Of a DNA stretch of 51,543 nucleotides, positions 34,794-45,436 are shown piece after piece. The DNA is from a virus. Taxonomy: Duplodnaviria > Caudoviricetes. The stretch lies in the IMG/VR virus record IMGVR_UViG_3300024054_000001, positions 1 through 51,543 of that record. One strand, 5' to 3'. The position numbers and the translations under genes were made by a program. The notes below the pieces were generated by a model, which saw only the letters and a list, made by a program, of their open reading frames with translations, was not told the origin of the DNA and made no database searches. Each line of letters begins with the position of its first letter. The first letter of the stretch is position 1.

Positions 34794-35452
34794 CGCTTCC
34801 GCCCACCCTTCTTCCTCGCCGCCTCCAGCCTCTTTGCTCCCTCCGCCGGATCCGCGCCCGCTGCCCTCGCCTTCGCCTCGGTCTCGGCGTTCAGCTCGGT
34901 GTCGGCCTGGTCCGCCCGCTCGGTGATCCCGGCCCTGTAGGGCCCGACGGCGACTTGCGCGACCACGTCCCTCGGCGTTGCCTTCCCCGCCCGCCGAACG
35001 GCCCTGGACGCCACGAGGAGATCATGTCCGAGCCGTTCCTGGTCCACACCCTCCCGCGTCAGCCTGGCGACCTCCCGGGCCGCGTCACGTGCGAGGACGA
35101 GGTCGTCGGTCGTGAAGGCCGCTGCGTCCCGTGCGAGGGCTCGAGCGAACGCCAGGGCCACGGCCTGCTCGAGAACCGTCGCGTCCCCGGATGGGGGTTC
35201 GGGGTCGCGGTGGACGACGGTGCCCGCGGGTTCGGGGGTGCCTGGGTCGCCCTTCCCGTCCGCCAGCCACTCGATCGAAACTCCGGTCGCGCGCGCGATC
35301 TTCGTGAGACTGCCGCCCCGCGAGTTGTCGCCGCCACGCTTCAGCATCTTCCCGATGCTGCCCTCGGCCAAGCCGGCTCTCCGACTCAGTTCGCGCTCGG
35401 AGATGTCGAGTCGCGTGAGCAGCACCCGAATGCGGTCCGCAACCGTGCCCAT
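34790..35452 (-). CDS. XRE-family immunity repressor (220 aa; no S24 autoprotease domain seen)
   Basis: ISERELSRRAGLAEGSI...LTKIARATGVSIEWLADG; divergent from cro. Confidence 0.85.
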   Translation of the reverse strand: MGTVADRIRVLLTRLDISERELSRRAGLAEGSIGKMLKRGGDNSRGGSLTKIARATGVSIEWLADGKGDPGTPEPAGTVVHRDPEPPSGDATVLEQAVALAFARALARDAAAFTTDDLVLARDAAREVARLTREGVDQERLGHDLLVASRAVRRAGKATPRDVVAQVAVGPYRAGITERADQADTELNAETEAKARAAGADPAEGAKRLEAARKKGGRKR

Positions 35453-35488
35453 CGGCGAGACGGTATCGATCCCGCCGACAGCTGTCAC
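35453..35488 (-). promoter_or_regulatory. PRM-like leaderless repressor promoter
   Basis: Minus strand reads GTGACA-17-TACCGT-7 nt-ATG. Confidence 0.65.
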
Positions 35489-35510
35489 CAGCGTCCGAGG
35501 CGCAAAGCGG

Positions 35511-35546
35511 TTGACGCCAATTGTCGTCGCGGGTACAAGTGTCGCC
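35511..35546 (+). promoter_or_regulatory. PR-like early promoter/operator
   Basis: TTGACG-17-TACAAG-TGTCGCC-ATG; shares GTACAAGTGTCGCCATG with the PL-like promoter. Confidence 0.8.
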
Positions 35547-35846
35547 ATGAATTCATCCCTCGGTTCGCGTCTGGCCCGGTTGCGGGACCTCGCAGGCGTA
35601 TCCCAGCGAGCCCTCGGATCGGCCGCCGGTCTCGATCCGAGCCACGTGCGTCTGATCGAGACAGGTGCGCGTGAAAACCTCCACCCCGACACGATCGCCT
35701 CGCTCGCAAGCGCCCTTGGCGTGACGACGGACTGGCTGATCCTCGGGACGGGGCCCGAGCCGACGGTGGAGCAGGTGCGGGCAGCGGTTGCGGCCGCGCG
35801 CGAGCGCCTGGCAGCGGCGCCAAAGGTCACCGGGACGGAGGGCTGA
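35547..35846 (+). CDS. Cro-like XRE HTH protein
   Basis: LGSRLARLRDLAGVSQRALG...IETG...LASALGVTTDWLILG; first gene after PR. Confidence 0.85.
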   Translation: MNSSLGSRLARLRDLAGVSQRALGSAAGLDPSHVRLIETGARENLHPDTIASLASALGVTTDWLILGTGPEPTVEQVRAAVAAARERLAAAPKVTGTEG

Positions 35847-35849
35847 TCG

Positions 35850-36068
35850 GTGGACGACGACGTCGCCACGATCCGGCGTGACGGGCACCTCACGCACTGC
35901 ACGGTGCTCGAGCAGCCGCCGTTCGGCGACCGCGTCGTCGTCGACCACTGCGGCGTGCGGCGCGTGTTCAAGCGCTCGCAGCGCTGGGTCGACCTCGACG
36001 GCTTCGAGCTGCTCGCACCACACACGACGACGGTCGGCACCGACGCAACGCGCAGGGAGGGCCAATGA
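35850..36068 (+). CDS. hypothetical protein
   Basis: GGAGG RBS; 72 aa. Confidence 0.5.
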   Translation: MDDDVATIRRDGHLTHCTVLEQPPFGDRVVVDHCGVRRVFKRSQRWVDLDGFELLAPHTTTVGTDATRREGQ

Positions 36069-36544
36069 GCGACGGAGAACGCACTGCACGCCGGAGCAGC
36101 CGGCGAGACGCCGCGAAGGCCGCGGCCGCGCGCGCATTCGATCGCACGATCCGGGGGCGTGACTTGACGAACGACGCCGCCGGCGAGGTCCTGGGCGTGA
36201 ACGCCACGCGGGCGCGCCGGTTGCGTTCGGACGATCGAGACGACCTCGACGTTTCCCCCGGCACGCACGACCTGCTGCTCGTCGATCGAGAGACCTACGA
36301 GCGCTGGCTGCTCGAGCTGGGACTCGCGCGCGAGTCGATGCACGCGCCGGCGGCGCTCGAGAAGCTCGAGCCGCAGCTCGCTCGCGCGCTGCAGCGATGT
36401 GCTCGCGTGTCGCTGCGCGGCGCGGAGGCCCTCGAGGACGGCGTCGTCACACCCGACGAGATCCCGACGCTGCTCGAGGACGCGAAGGCCCAGTTGATCG
36501 AGTTGGGCCGGCTGGTCGAGGCGCTGCAGCGGAGGATGCGATGA
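36065..36544 (+). CDS. CII-like regulatory protein
   Basis: HTH-like N-terminus and C-terminal ALEDGVVTPDE motif typical of P2/186 CII-like proteins; position after cro. Confidence 0.6.
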   Translation: MSDGERTARRSSRRDAAKAAAARAFDRTIRGRDLTNDAAGEVLGVNATRARRLRSDDRDDLDVSPGTHDLLLVDRETYERWLLELGLARESMHAPAALEKLEPQLARALQRCARVSLRGAEALEDGVVTPDEIPTLLEDAKAQLIELGRLVEALQRRMR

Positions 36545-37212
36545 TCGATCCGGCCGCCTACGTCGTCTGCGAACTCGACGGCAGCATAGTGCACACGACG
36601 ACCGACAGCGAGGACGCCACGCGCGTGCTCTCGCGCGATCCCGCACGCAGGTGCGTCGTGCGCAACGGCGCTGTGCTGCGCTGGGGCGCCGACATCAAGC
36701 CAGGGGAACGCACGAGCGCGGAGGCTTTCCTGCGCCGCGCAAGGCTGATCACAGGCCGAGCGTCCACGTCACCTGAGGAGACCCGTGCTCGCATCGCGCA
36801 TAGCGACGCGAAGCCCGACAACGTCACGCCGGCGCCGCCGGCCGAGGAGGACAACTTGCCATCGACGAACATCTCGCACGAGACCTGCCGGTTCGAAGGC
36901 TGCACATCCGAGATCGGGATGATCCGCTCGGACACTCGCAAGGAGTGGCAGGTCTTCTGTCGCAAGCATCGCAGCACGATGCGCAACCTCGAGCGTAACC
37001 GTTCGACGGCGGTGAAGACAAAGACCACGAGCAAGGCTCCGAAGCCGAAGCCTGCGTCGAAGCAGGCGACGCCGACGAAGCCAAAGAAGCCCACGCAGCG
37101 CGAGCCTCGCGTGGTCGACATCTTCGACGAGATGCGTCGCTGCGTCGCCGTGGTCGACCAGCTCGGCGGCATCGAGAAGGCGGAACAGCTTGCGTCGGTG
37201 ATCGGCCGATGA
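36541..37212 (+). CDS. hypothetical protein (C-x4-C...C-x2-H finger, Lys/Pro-rich linker)
   Basis: GGAGG RBS; ATGA overlap. Confidence 0.55.
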   Translation: MIDPAAYVVCELDGSIVHTTTDSEDATRVLSRDPARRCVVRNGAVLRWGADIKPGERTSAEAFLRRARLITGRASTSPEETRARIAHSDAKPDNVTPAPPAEEDNLPSTNISHETCRFEGCTSEIGMIRSDTRKEWQVFCRKHRSTMRNLERNRSTAVKTKTTSKAPKPKPASKQATPTKPKKPTQREPRVVDIFDEMRRCVAVVDQLGGIEKAEQLASVIGR

Positions 37213-37451
37213 CCGACGTCGCTCGCATGCCGGTGCGGCTGCGCGTCGTTCCCGACGCTGCACGCCCACGTGTGTCGCTCGCCGGCGGGCACGTGATCGT
37301 CTGCTACCGGCGTAACGTCGACCTCTCGCCGGCGCAGTGCAGGACCCATCGCTGGGCGGAATTGCGCGCCCCGGGCCTCTGCTGGCGCTGCCCCATCGGT
37401 CTCGAGCTTCAACGGCGGGACCGTGTTCCGACACCCGGAGGTGCCTCATGA
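37209..37451 (+). CDS. hypothetical Cys-rich protein
   Basis: ATGA overlaps; C...C...CWRCPIG. Confidence 0.5.
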   Translation: MTDVARMPVRLRVVPDAARPRVSLAGGHVIVCYRRNVDLSPAQCRTHRWAELRAPGLCWRCPIGLELQRRDRVPTPGGAS

Positions 37452-37806
37452 TCGACCCCGTTTCTCTCGGAGCCCATCGCGATGTTCGTCGGCTCTCGCC
37501 GGCGGGCAAGCGCGTCTACCGCACCCTACTGCTGCGCGCGGGGCACCAGGTGCCCGCGAAGAGCGAGCTACGGCAACTTCCCGATCTCGAGCGCGGGCTC
37601 GAGGAACTGCTCCGCGTCGGACTCGTCGTCGCCTGGGCTGACGGTTCGTTCGAGGCCATCGGGCCCGACGAACGCGACGACGCGTCGCTGTTCGCGTTGT
37701 CGGCCGACGAGGTCGCGCGACGTGATCGGCGATCGAAGGGCTGGCTGGTCGGCCAGGTGCGCGAGATCGACCGCGAGATCGCGGCGAGGAAAGCGGGCGC
37801 GGCCGC

Positions 37807-37810
<4 letters not shown>
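37448..37810 (+). CDS. hypothetical wHTH-like protein
   Basis: GGAGG RBS; LSPAGKRVY...LEELLRVGLV. Confidence 0.5.
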
Positions 37811-38899
<1,089 letters not shown>

Positions 38900-38913
<14 letters not shown>

Positions 38914-40345
38914 GAACCACACGCCCGAGCACATCGAGCAGGCCATCCTCGGCGGTCTCATCGCGGGCATGCGCGATGGTCACGGCGTGCGAACGTTCGA
39001 CCTGGTGCACGGCATCCTCCGCGCAGAGGACTTCGCCGGCGCAGGGCACAGGCAGATCTTCGAAGCGTGTGAACGGATCAATCTTCGCGGCCTCGATGCA
39101 TCGCTGTTTGCGGTCGCGCACGAGTTGCGCGAGATGCAACTCCTGAATGTCGTAGGCGGCGAACCGAAACTGCAGCAGCTCATCGATTGCTGGCTGACGA
39201 ACGAACGCATCGAACTGCACGCATACGCGTTGCGCCGCGGCGCGCGAGCACGTCGGATCATCGCCGACTGCGAACGCGTCGCGCGGCTTGGTCGAGCGCC
39301 GGTCTCGACCGAGGACTTTCTCTCGCGTGCGTCCCAAGTCCTCGCGGACGCGCTGCACGAGGACGCGAGCGAGGCCCGCAGCCAGGCCGTCGGCGAGGGC
39401 ATTCACGACGTCGTGGTCGAGGCCGACCAGGGCATCAAGCGCGAACCGCTCAAGTGCGGAATCGAGGCGGTCGACAAACTCGCCGTGTTGAACTCGAACG
39501 CCTTCGTGGTTCTCGGTGCGCGCCCCAGTGTCGGCAAGACTGCGCTCGGCACGCAGATCGGCGTGTGTGTCGCCGCGATGAACCCAAACGCGCCCGTGCT
39601 GCTGCTCTCGCTCGAGATGCCATCGGCGGATATCTGGTCGCGACTTGCGTCTGCGGGAACGCGAATTCCCCACTCGCGAGTCCGCCATCGAGATCTCTCT
39701 CGGCAAGAGATCGAACAGGTGCGGCGCGTCGCCGAGGAGATGCGCTCCGTTCCGTTCCATTGCTACAGCGCTGGCGAAGGACGTCGACCACCGAGAATCG
39801 ATGAGATCGTCGCGTTCGCGCGTGCGTTCAAGCGACGGCAACGCGGGCTCGGAATGCTGATCGTCGACTACCTGCAAATCGTTCGCGGAGGTCGCGGCGA
39901 GTCGATGGAGAACCGGATCGCCGACATCTCGGCGACGCTGAAGTTGCTCGCGAACGAACTCAACTGCTGCGTGCTCGCGTTGTCGCAGCTCAATCGCGAC
40001 AACGAACGAGAGGGTCGCCGACCTACGGCCGCCGATCTTCGGTACTCGGGCGCGATCGAACAGGACGCCGACGCGATCGCGCTCCTGCATCGACCGGCAC
40101 AAGTGCCGCAGAGTCTATCGACAGACTCCCGAACGGATCACGAGGGCGTCGTGATCGAGCTGCTCGTGGTGAAGAACCGTCACGGTTCTCGAGGAAGGTC
40201 GGCGTTGTTCTTCCGCGAGGCGATCACTCACTTCGACGAGGCGCCCGCGGACATCAAGCCGATGAACGCCAAGAGCCCGCGGTACGGCGGCGGGCGGAAC
40301 GTTCCTGCGTCGCACGAGGAATCCGATGGAGAGCGGGCCGAATGA
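38900..40345 (+). CDS. dnaB: replicative DNA helicase (DnaB family)
   Basis: GARPSVGKT Walker A, SLEM, IVDYLQ, LSQLNR, DLRYSGAIEQDAD and KNRHG; GAGGAG RBS. Confidence 0.95.
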
Positions 40346-40863
40346 GTCGACGCCCAATGCACGTGCGCGACCTGCCGCCTGGCGCGACGTTCGACGAACG
40401 CGGCCGACTCATCGCTCCGAAGGCGTCGCGCGCTGCCGCGACTCCGCGTGCTCCACGCCGGGCGAGCATCACGATTGTGCCGATCGAGCAGGGCGTACGC
40501 ATCGAAGGCCTGGGACTGCGCACGCTGGCGAACGCTCGGTTGCACCACTTCGTGCGCGCGCGCTACGTCCAACGGACGCGCACCGCAGTGCTCGCGGCGC
40601 TCAACGGTCGGACGCCGCCGCAGCTACCGTGCGTGATCGTGATCACGCGGCGAGACCCCGGGCGCGTCGACGACGACAACGCCACGAACGCCGCGAAGGG
40701 CGTGCGCGACCAGGTCGCGAAGTGGCTCGGCGTCGACGACGGCGATCCGCGGGTGGTCTGGCACGTGCGCACGGATCGAGGTCCACGCGCGGTGACGATC
40801 GAGTGGGTGTCGCAGACCGCACGCGAGGAGGGCGTCGACGATGGAGGACCTGGACACGGGTGA
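40342..40863 (+). CDS. RusA-like Holliday junction resolvase
   Basis: DDDNATNAAKGVRD...GVDD matches the RusA DxDNxxKxxxD...DD pattern. Confidence 0.7.
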   Translation: MSRRPMHVRDLPPGATFDERGRLIAPKASRAAATPRAPRRASITIVPIEQGVRIEGLGLRTLANARLHHFVRARYVQRTRTAVLAALNGRTPPQLPCVIVITRRDPGRVDDDNATNAAKGVRDQVAKWLGVDDGDPRVVWHVRTDRGPRAVTIEWVSQTAREEGVDDGGPGHG

Positions 40864-41434
40864 CGACGCGATCCGCGTCGCGGCGTTCGTGAAGGACGCG
40901 CTGCAGCTCGCGCGCTGGGATGCGCGACGAACGCGCATTGTCTCGGCGCTCGAGGGCTTCACGTCGCCGTCGGGCGCGATCGTCGAGATGGCGCGTGTGG
41001 GCGTACGCGGCTCGGGCAACCGGGGCTCGAAGGGCACCGGACGTGCTGGAGGCCCGACCGATCGGATCGACGTTGCGGTCGACGCGCTCGATGATCTGCC
41101 GAACGCTCCCGAGTGCTTCGCGGTGTACCTGCGCTGCTCGACGCGCACGCGCGCACTCGCCGATTGGATCGGCGCCGCGACAGACGGTCCACGAGCCAGC
41201 TACGAGGTGCGCTGCGACAATCGGAAGGTCACCGACGTCGCCTTCGAGGCGTACGTGGGCCTGCACTGGGGACCCGACGCCGATCGGTTGCGATGGCAGC
41301 GCAAGATCGCCGCGGGTGATTCACGCCCCGCGCTCGAGGCCGCGCATCGCCGGGGCGTCGAGATTCTCATCCGGGCAGCGCGAGAATGGCTGAGAGTTCC
41401 AGGCGATCACGAGAATCTCGCAGCGCCGCATTGA
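40841..41434 (+). CDS. hypothetical protein (positional late-gene regulator/antiterminator)
   Basis: GAGGAGG RBS; last early gene, ending on the -35 of the putative late promoter. Confidence 0.5.
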   Translation: MEDLDTGDDAIRVAAFVKDALQLARWDARRTRIVSALEGFTSPSGAIVEMARVGVRGSGNRGSKGTGRAGGPTDRIDVAVDALDDLPNAPECFAVYLRCSTRTRALADWIGAATDGPRASYEVRCDNRKVTDVAFEAYVGLHWGPDADRLRWQRKIAAGDSRPALEAAHRRGVEILIRAAREWLRVPGDHENLAAPH

Positions 41435-41459
41435 CAGATGAATTGGGCCACGGCAGTCT
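41431..41459 (+). promoter_or_regulatory. putative late promoter (PR'-like)
   Basis: TTGACA-17-CAGTCT in an AT-richer gap upstream of the packaging genes. Confidence 0.6.
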
Positions 41460-41505
41460 CAGTTGCGGCTGGGCGATCTATGCCCACAGACGACCAGCCC
41501 ACGCG

Positions 41506-41730
41506 ATGACGAAACGACTCGACGTCGCTGCGGTTTCGACCGCGATGTGCATTCCCGCACGCACCGTCCGGCGCTGGCTCTCGTTCTGGGAGTCGCTGGC
41601 GGTGCCAGGGATCCATCGACAACGGTCACGCGGCGCGAAGGGTTGGCGATACGTTGTCGATCGTACGCTCGTGGATCGGTGGCTCCGTTGCGAGCTGCCG
41701 AATCCCCGGGCGAGACTTGCTGCCGCGTGA
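41506..41730 (+). CDS. small HTH DNA-binding protein
   Basis: LDVAAVSTAMCIPARTVRRWL. Confidence 0.55.
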   Translation: MTKRLDVAAVSTAMCIPARTVRRWLSFWESLAVPGIHRQRSRGAKGWRYVVDRTLVDRWLRCELPNPRARLAAA

Positions 41731-41858
41731 ACGCCGGAGCCAGCTGCCGATTCGCAGCAGGCCTCTCCTCCCCCGATGACGCACCCCCGAATGGGCGGTT
41801 GGCTCGGGCGTTCATGGGGCGTCGTCGCGTTGTGAACCCCTGTGGCTCGACGTGACGA

Positions 41859-42368
41859 TTGCAGCCCAAAGCCCCACGCCGGCGACGTACGCCGATCCGT
41901 CCGCCTGCGCCCGAGCGCGTGGCGCGTGCGCTGATCGACGCCGACATGCTCGGCGACACGGGCGCAGCACGGAAGCACGGCGTGCACTTCAACACGATCG
42001 CCAACTGGCGGAAGCGTTGGGGTTCCACGCCGGCGGTGCGGCGCGTGATGAACACGCTGCGCGAACGGGCCTCGCGCGGATGGATCGAGCAGGGACGCGA
42101 CGCGCGCCTGCAACTCGTCGCGAAGGTCGCGGAGATCGCCGGCCGCGCCCGGTCGGTGAAGGACCTCAAGGCCGTCACGGACGCACTGCGACGGATCCAC
42201 GAGGTCGTGCTGTCGCACGAGATCCTCGGCGGCGCGGAGACCAAGGCCAGTGATCAGCGCGACGAGCCTGATCAACCGCGCGATGAACCTCCGGCTCCGT
42301 CGGCAGGAGAAACGCGGCGCCCCGACGGCAGCAGCGAGCCCGAGACTCCTCCGGGCGGCAACGGCTGA
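41859..42368 (+). CDS. terminase small subunit
   Basis: HTH AARKHGVHFNTIANWRKR and a helical C-terminus; immediately upstream of TerL; start uncertain. Confidence 0.7.
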   Translation: MQPKAPRRRRTPIRPPAPERVARALIDADMLGDTGAARKHGVHFNTIANWRKRWGSTPAVRRVMNTLRERASRGWIEQGRDARLQLVAKVAEIAGRARSVKDLKAVTDALRRIHEVVLSHEILGGAETKASDQRDEPDQPRDEPPAPSAGETRRPDGSSEPETPPGGNG

Positions 42369-43740
42369 GTATCGCGAGCGGCAGGAGCAGGTCTTCGGGC
42401 TCGCACGCGAGGCGGCCGACCAGATCATCGAGCAGGCGGTCACGCTGCCCGCGGACCTGCCGCCGGCGTTCGTCGAGTGGCTCCGTGGGTGCTTCCTGCC
42501 CTACCAGTTGCGCTGGATCGTCGACGGCACCGACTTCGGCCTGGCGCTGAAGGGCCGGCAGCTCGGATACACCGACGCGACGGCTGCCCGGTGCCTTGTC
42601 CGGGCGTACCTGCTGCGTCGACCGCAGATCGTTCTGTCGGCCGCGCAGCGCAACGCCGACGAGCTGCTCGAGGCGGTGCGCAAGCACGCCGAGTTCATCG
42701 CCGCGATCGGGATGCCCGAGGTCGGGCAGCTCTGGCCCGACAAGGCATCCGAGGTCGGGTGGCGAAGACGAGGCAGCGTCACGGCGCTCGCCTCGAACCC
42801 ACGCACGGCGCGGTCGTTCCACGGCGACGTCTACCTCGACGAGTTCGCATACCACGCGGACCCCGAGGCGATCTGGCGCGCATCGGCGCCGATGGCCACG
42901 CGCGGCGACTGGGGCCTGCGCGTCATCTCGACGCCGGCGGGAGCCCAGGGCCCGTTCTACGACCTCTGCAGCGATCCGCCGGACGGCTGGTCGTTCCACC
43001 GTGTCTCCCTCGACGACGCAGAGCGCGAAGGCCTGCGCGTCGATCGTTCGAAGCTGTTGAAGCTCGTCGGCGGCGACGAGCGAGCGTTCGCCGAGGCGTA
43101 CCTCCTCGAGTTCCTCGACGCGAACCTGCAGTTCATCCCGACGGCGATGGCCGATCGGGCGCTGCACTGGGAGGGCTCACTCCCCGATCTCACCGGCGCC
43201 GAGATCTACGCGGGCCTCGACGTCGGACGCACGCAGGACCTCACGGCGCTGCTGATCGTCGCGGTCGTCGGCCAGGTCGCCTGGGTCCTCGCAGTGCTCA
43301 CGTGCAAGCGCACGGCGTTCAAGGCGCAGAAGCGGATGATCCGCGATGCGCGCGCGACGTTCGCGTGGCACACGCTGCACGTCGACGAGACCGGCCTCGG
43401 CAAGCAACTCGCCGAGGAGCTGGAGGAGGACTTCGGTTCGGAGGTCGTGCGCGTGACGTTCACGAACGACACGAAGGCGGACATGGCCACGCGCACGCTG
43501 CGATGGCTCCGTGACACGCGGGTGCGATTCCCCAAGGGCGCGCCTGGCAAGGCGCTGCACGCCGAGACCATTGCCGTGCGACGGAAGATCACCGGCAGCG
43601 GGAACGTCGTGTACGAAGTACCTCGCACCGCGAAGGGCCACGGCGATCGATTCTGGGCGCTCGCGCTCGCGCTGAAGGGCGCAGGCGAACCGATGCCGCC
43701 TCGAGAGCTGGGCGTCGAGCCCGTGTTGGCCGTGGCATGA
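42250..43740 (+). CDS. terminase large subunit (Mu gp28-like)
   Basis: LPYQ, KGRQLGYT, YLDEFA, ISTP.G, GLDVGRTQDLT, VDETGLG and HGDRFWALALA. Confidence 0.95.
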   Translation: MISATSLINRAMNLRLRRQEKRGAPTAAASPRLLRAATAEYRERQEQVFGLAREAADQIIEQAVTLPADLPPAFVEWLRGCFLPYQLRWIVDGTDFGLALKGRQLGYTDATAARCLVRAYLLRRPQIVLSAAQRNADELLEAVRKHAEFIAAIGMPEVGQLWPDKASEVGWRRRGSVTALASNPRTARSFHGDVYLDEFAYHADPEAIWRASAPMATRGDWGLRVISTPAGAQGPFYDLCSDPPDGWSFHRVSLDDAEREGLRVDRSKLLKLVGGDERAFAEAYLLEFLDANLQFIPTAMADRALHWEGSLPDLTGAEIYAGLDVGRTQDLTALLIVAVVGQVAWVLAVLTCKRTAFKAQKRMIRDARATFAWHTLHVDETGLGKQLAEELEEDFGSEVVRVTFTNDTKADMATRTLRWLRDTRVRFPKGAPGKALHAETIAVRRKITGSGNVVYEVPRTAKGHGDRFWALALALKGAGEPMPPRELGVEPVLAVA

Positions 43741-43937
43741 TCTTCGAGCAGGCGCCCTCGCAGCCCGACCGCCGGCCGTTCTGGCAAGAGCTGGTGCTCG
43801 CGGCCGTCGCCGGCGCGGTCGTGCCTCTCGCGCACCACGCAGGCAAGGCGCTCCGCGAAACCCTCGCCGCCCGGCGCCGATCACGCGTGGCGAACACGTC
43901 CGAGTACACGTTGCCCGAGCACTCCTCCGAACAATGA
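43737..43937 (+). CDS. small hypothetical protein with a hydrophobic segment
   Basis: ATGA overlaps with both TerL and portal. Confidence 0.5.
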   Translation: MIFEQAPSQPDRRPFWQELVLAAVAGAVVPLAHHAGKALRETLAARRRSRVANTSEYTLPEHSSEQ

Positions 43938-45436
43938 AGCTCAAGCTGCTGCAGCGGCGCCACGCCGACTTCGACGCCGAGACGCTTCAGACCTACGAGG
44001 ACCTGCTCGTGGGCGGTGCGCAGTTCCGGAAACACGCGACGCGGTATCTGATCCAGAACGACGTCGAGCCGAAGTCCGCGTTCGAGAAGCGCGCGAAGGC
44101 CTCGCACTACCTGAACTACGTCGCCCCGCTCGCGAACTTCTTCGCGTCCTGGCTGTTCAGCTCCCAGCTCACCTATCGGGCCGACGGCAGCGCCGACGAA
44201 GAGGCGTACGCCGAGTTCCAGGAGGACTCGGACGGCACGGGCACGTCGCTCGAGCGGTTCCTGCGCCAACGGTTCGTCGAAGCGCTCACCGTGCAGCGGG
44301 CGTACTGGCGCGTGGTGTTCCCGACGCCGATGACGGCTGCGACGGATCTCGCCGAATACGAAGCCCTCGGACTGAATCGACCCACGCTCGAGAAGATCCC
44401 GGCGTGCTGCGTGGTCAACTGGCGCCGAGCGGCCGACGGCTCGTTCCTCTGGCTGCTCGAGTACCGCTCCGTCGAAGAGCTGCTCGAGATCGAGAATCCC
44501 GACGCCACCGTCACCGAGACGTGGACGCTCTGGCGCGCGGACGGAACGGCTCGGCGCTGGCAGCTTCGCCGGGACAAGCGCGATCACGTGACGCCGGACA
44601 CGGACGTGCCGGAGATCGATCCGCCGCACAATCCTATTGCAGCGCTGCCGATCGTCGAACTGCAGCTTCCTCCCGAACTGTGGCTCGTCGACCAGATCGC
44701 CGACGCGCAGCTCGAGCACTTCCGTCAGCGCAACGCGCTCTCGCACGCGATTCGTCGCACGTGCTTCGCGATGCCGGTGTTCAACCTGAAGGACACCCGC
44801 AAGAAGCCGACGCTCGGCACGGGCTACTACCTGATGATCGGCCTCGAGGAGAAGGTCTCGTGGCCGGCTCCCGATGCCGCACCGTTTGCGGTCGTTGAAG
44901 CGAACGCCGCGGGATTGAAGGACGAGATTCATCGCGTCGCGGCCCAGCTCGGTCGCGGCGTCGACAACAACGCGGCCGCCGTGGGCCGCAGCGCGGAGTC
45001 GAAGCAACAGGACGACTCGGCCACCGAGATCGTGCTGCGCGCGTACGGCGGCCTGATGCGCGACGCTGCCGAGCGGACGTTCGATCTCGTGTCGCTCGGC
45101 CGTGACGACGACATCGCGTGGGATGTGTCCGGCATGGACAAGTTCCACGTGACCGACGCGAAGGCAGTCACGGACCTCGCGGTTGCGAGCGGGACGTTGC
45201 AGATCCCGTCGGCGACGTATCGCCGAGAGCTGGCGAAGCGTGTCGTCCGCGCGCAACTGCCGGACCTCGACGAGAAGACTGCGCGGACGATCGAGAAGGA
45301 GATCGAGGCGGGCATCACGAACGAGGACCTCGTTCCACCGCCGGCCCCTCCACCGCCAGGCCCCCCGAACGACGGAGGCGGCGCGCCGCCGCGCTCCGGC
45401 GCGGGTCCCGCCGACGACATGAATGGCGACACGTAG
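43934..45436 (+). CDS. portal protein
   Basis: 500 aa between TerL and MuF; SAESKQQD clip-like motif; Pro-rich tail. Confidence 0.8.
   Translation: MKLKLLQRRHADFDAETLQTYEDLLVGGAQFRKHATRYLIQNDVEPKSAFEKRAKASHYLNYVAPLANFFASWLFSSQLTYRADGSADEEAYAEFQEDSDGTGTSLERFLRQRFVEALTVQRAYWRVVFPTPMTAATDLAEYEALGLNRPTLEKIPACCVVNWRRAADGSFLWLLEYRSVEELLEIENPDATVTETWTLWRADGTARRWQLRRDKRDHVTPDTDVPEIDPPHNPIAALPIVELQLPPELWLVDQIADAQLEHFRQRNALSHAIRRTCFAMPVFNLKDTRKKPTLGTGYYLMIGLEEKVSWPAPDAAPFAVVEANAAGLKDEIHRVAAQLGRGVDNNAAAVGRSAESKQQDDSATEIVLRAYGGLMRDAAERTFDLVSLGRDDDIAWDVSGMDKFHVTDAKAVTDLAVASGTLQIPSATYRRELAKRVVRAQLPDLDEKTARTIEKEIEAGITNEDLVPPPAPPPPGPPNDGGGAPPRSGAGPADDMNGDT

Noticed and set aside
35453-36646. 618-aa repressor as called in the ORF track
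   Set aside because: The N-terminal 398 codons overlap cro and CII-like genes on the other strand; the HTH and promoter spacing support the ATG at 35452.
42250-43740. Mu-like transposable phage
   Set aside because: TerL and MuF are Mu-like, but no transposase A/B is present; the phage has a tyrosine integrase, attP and a DnaB replication module.
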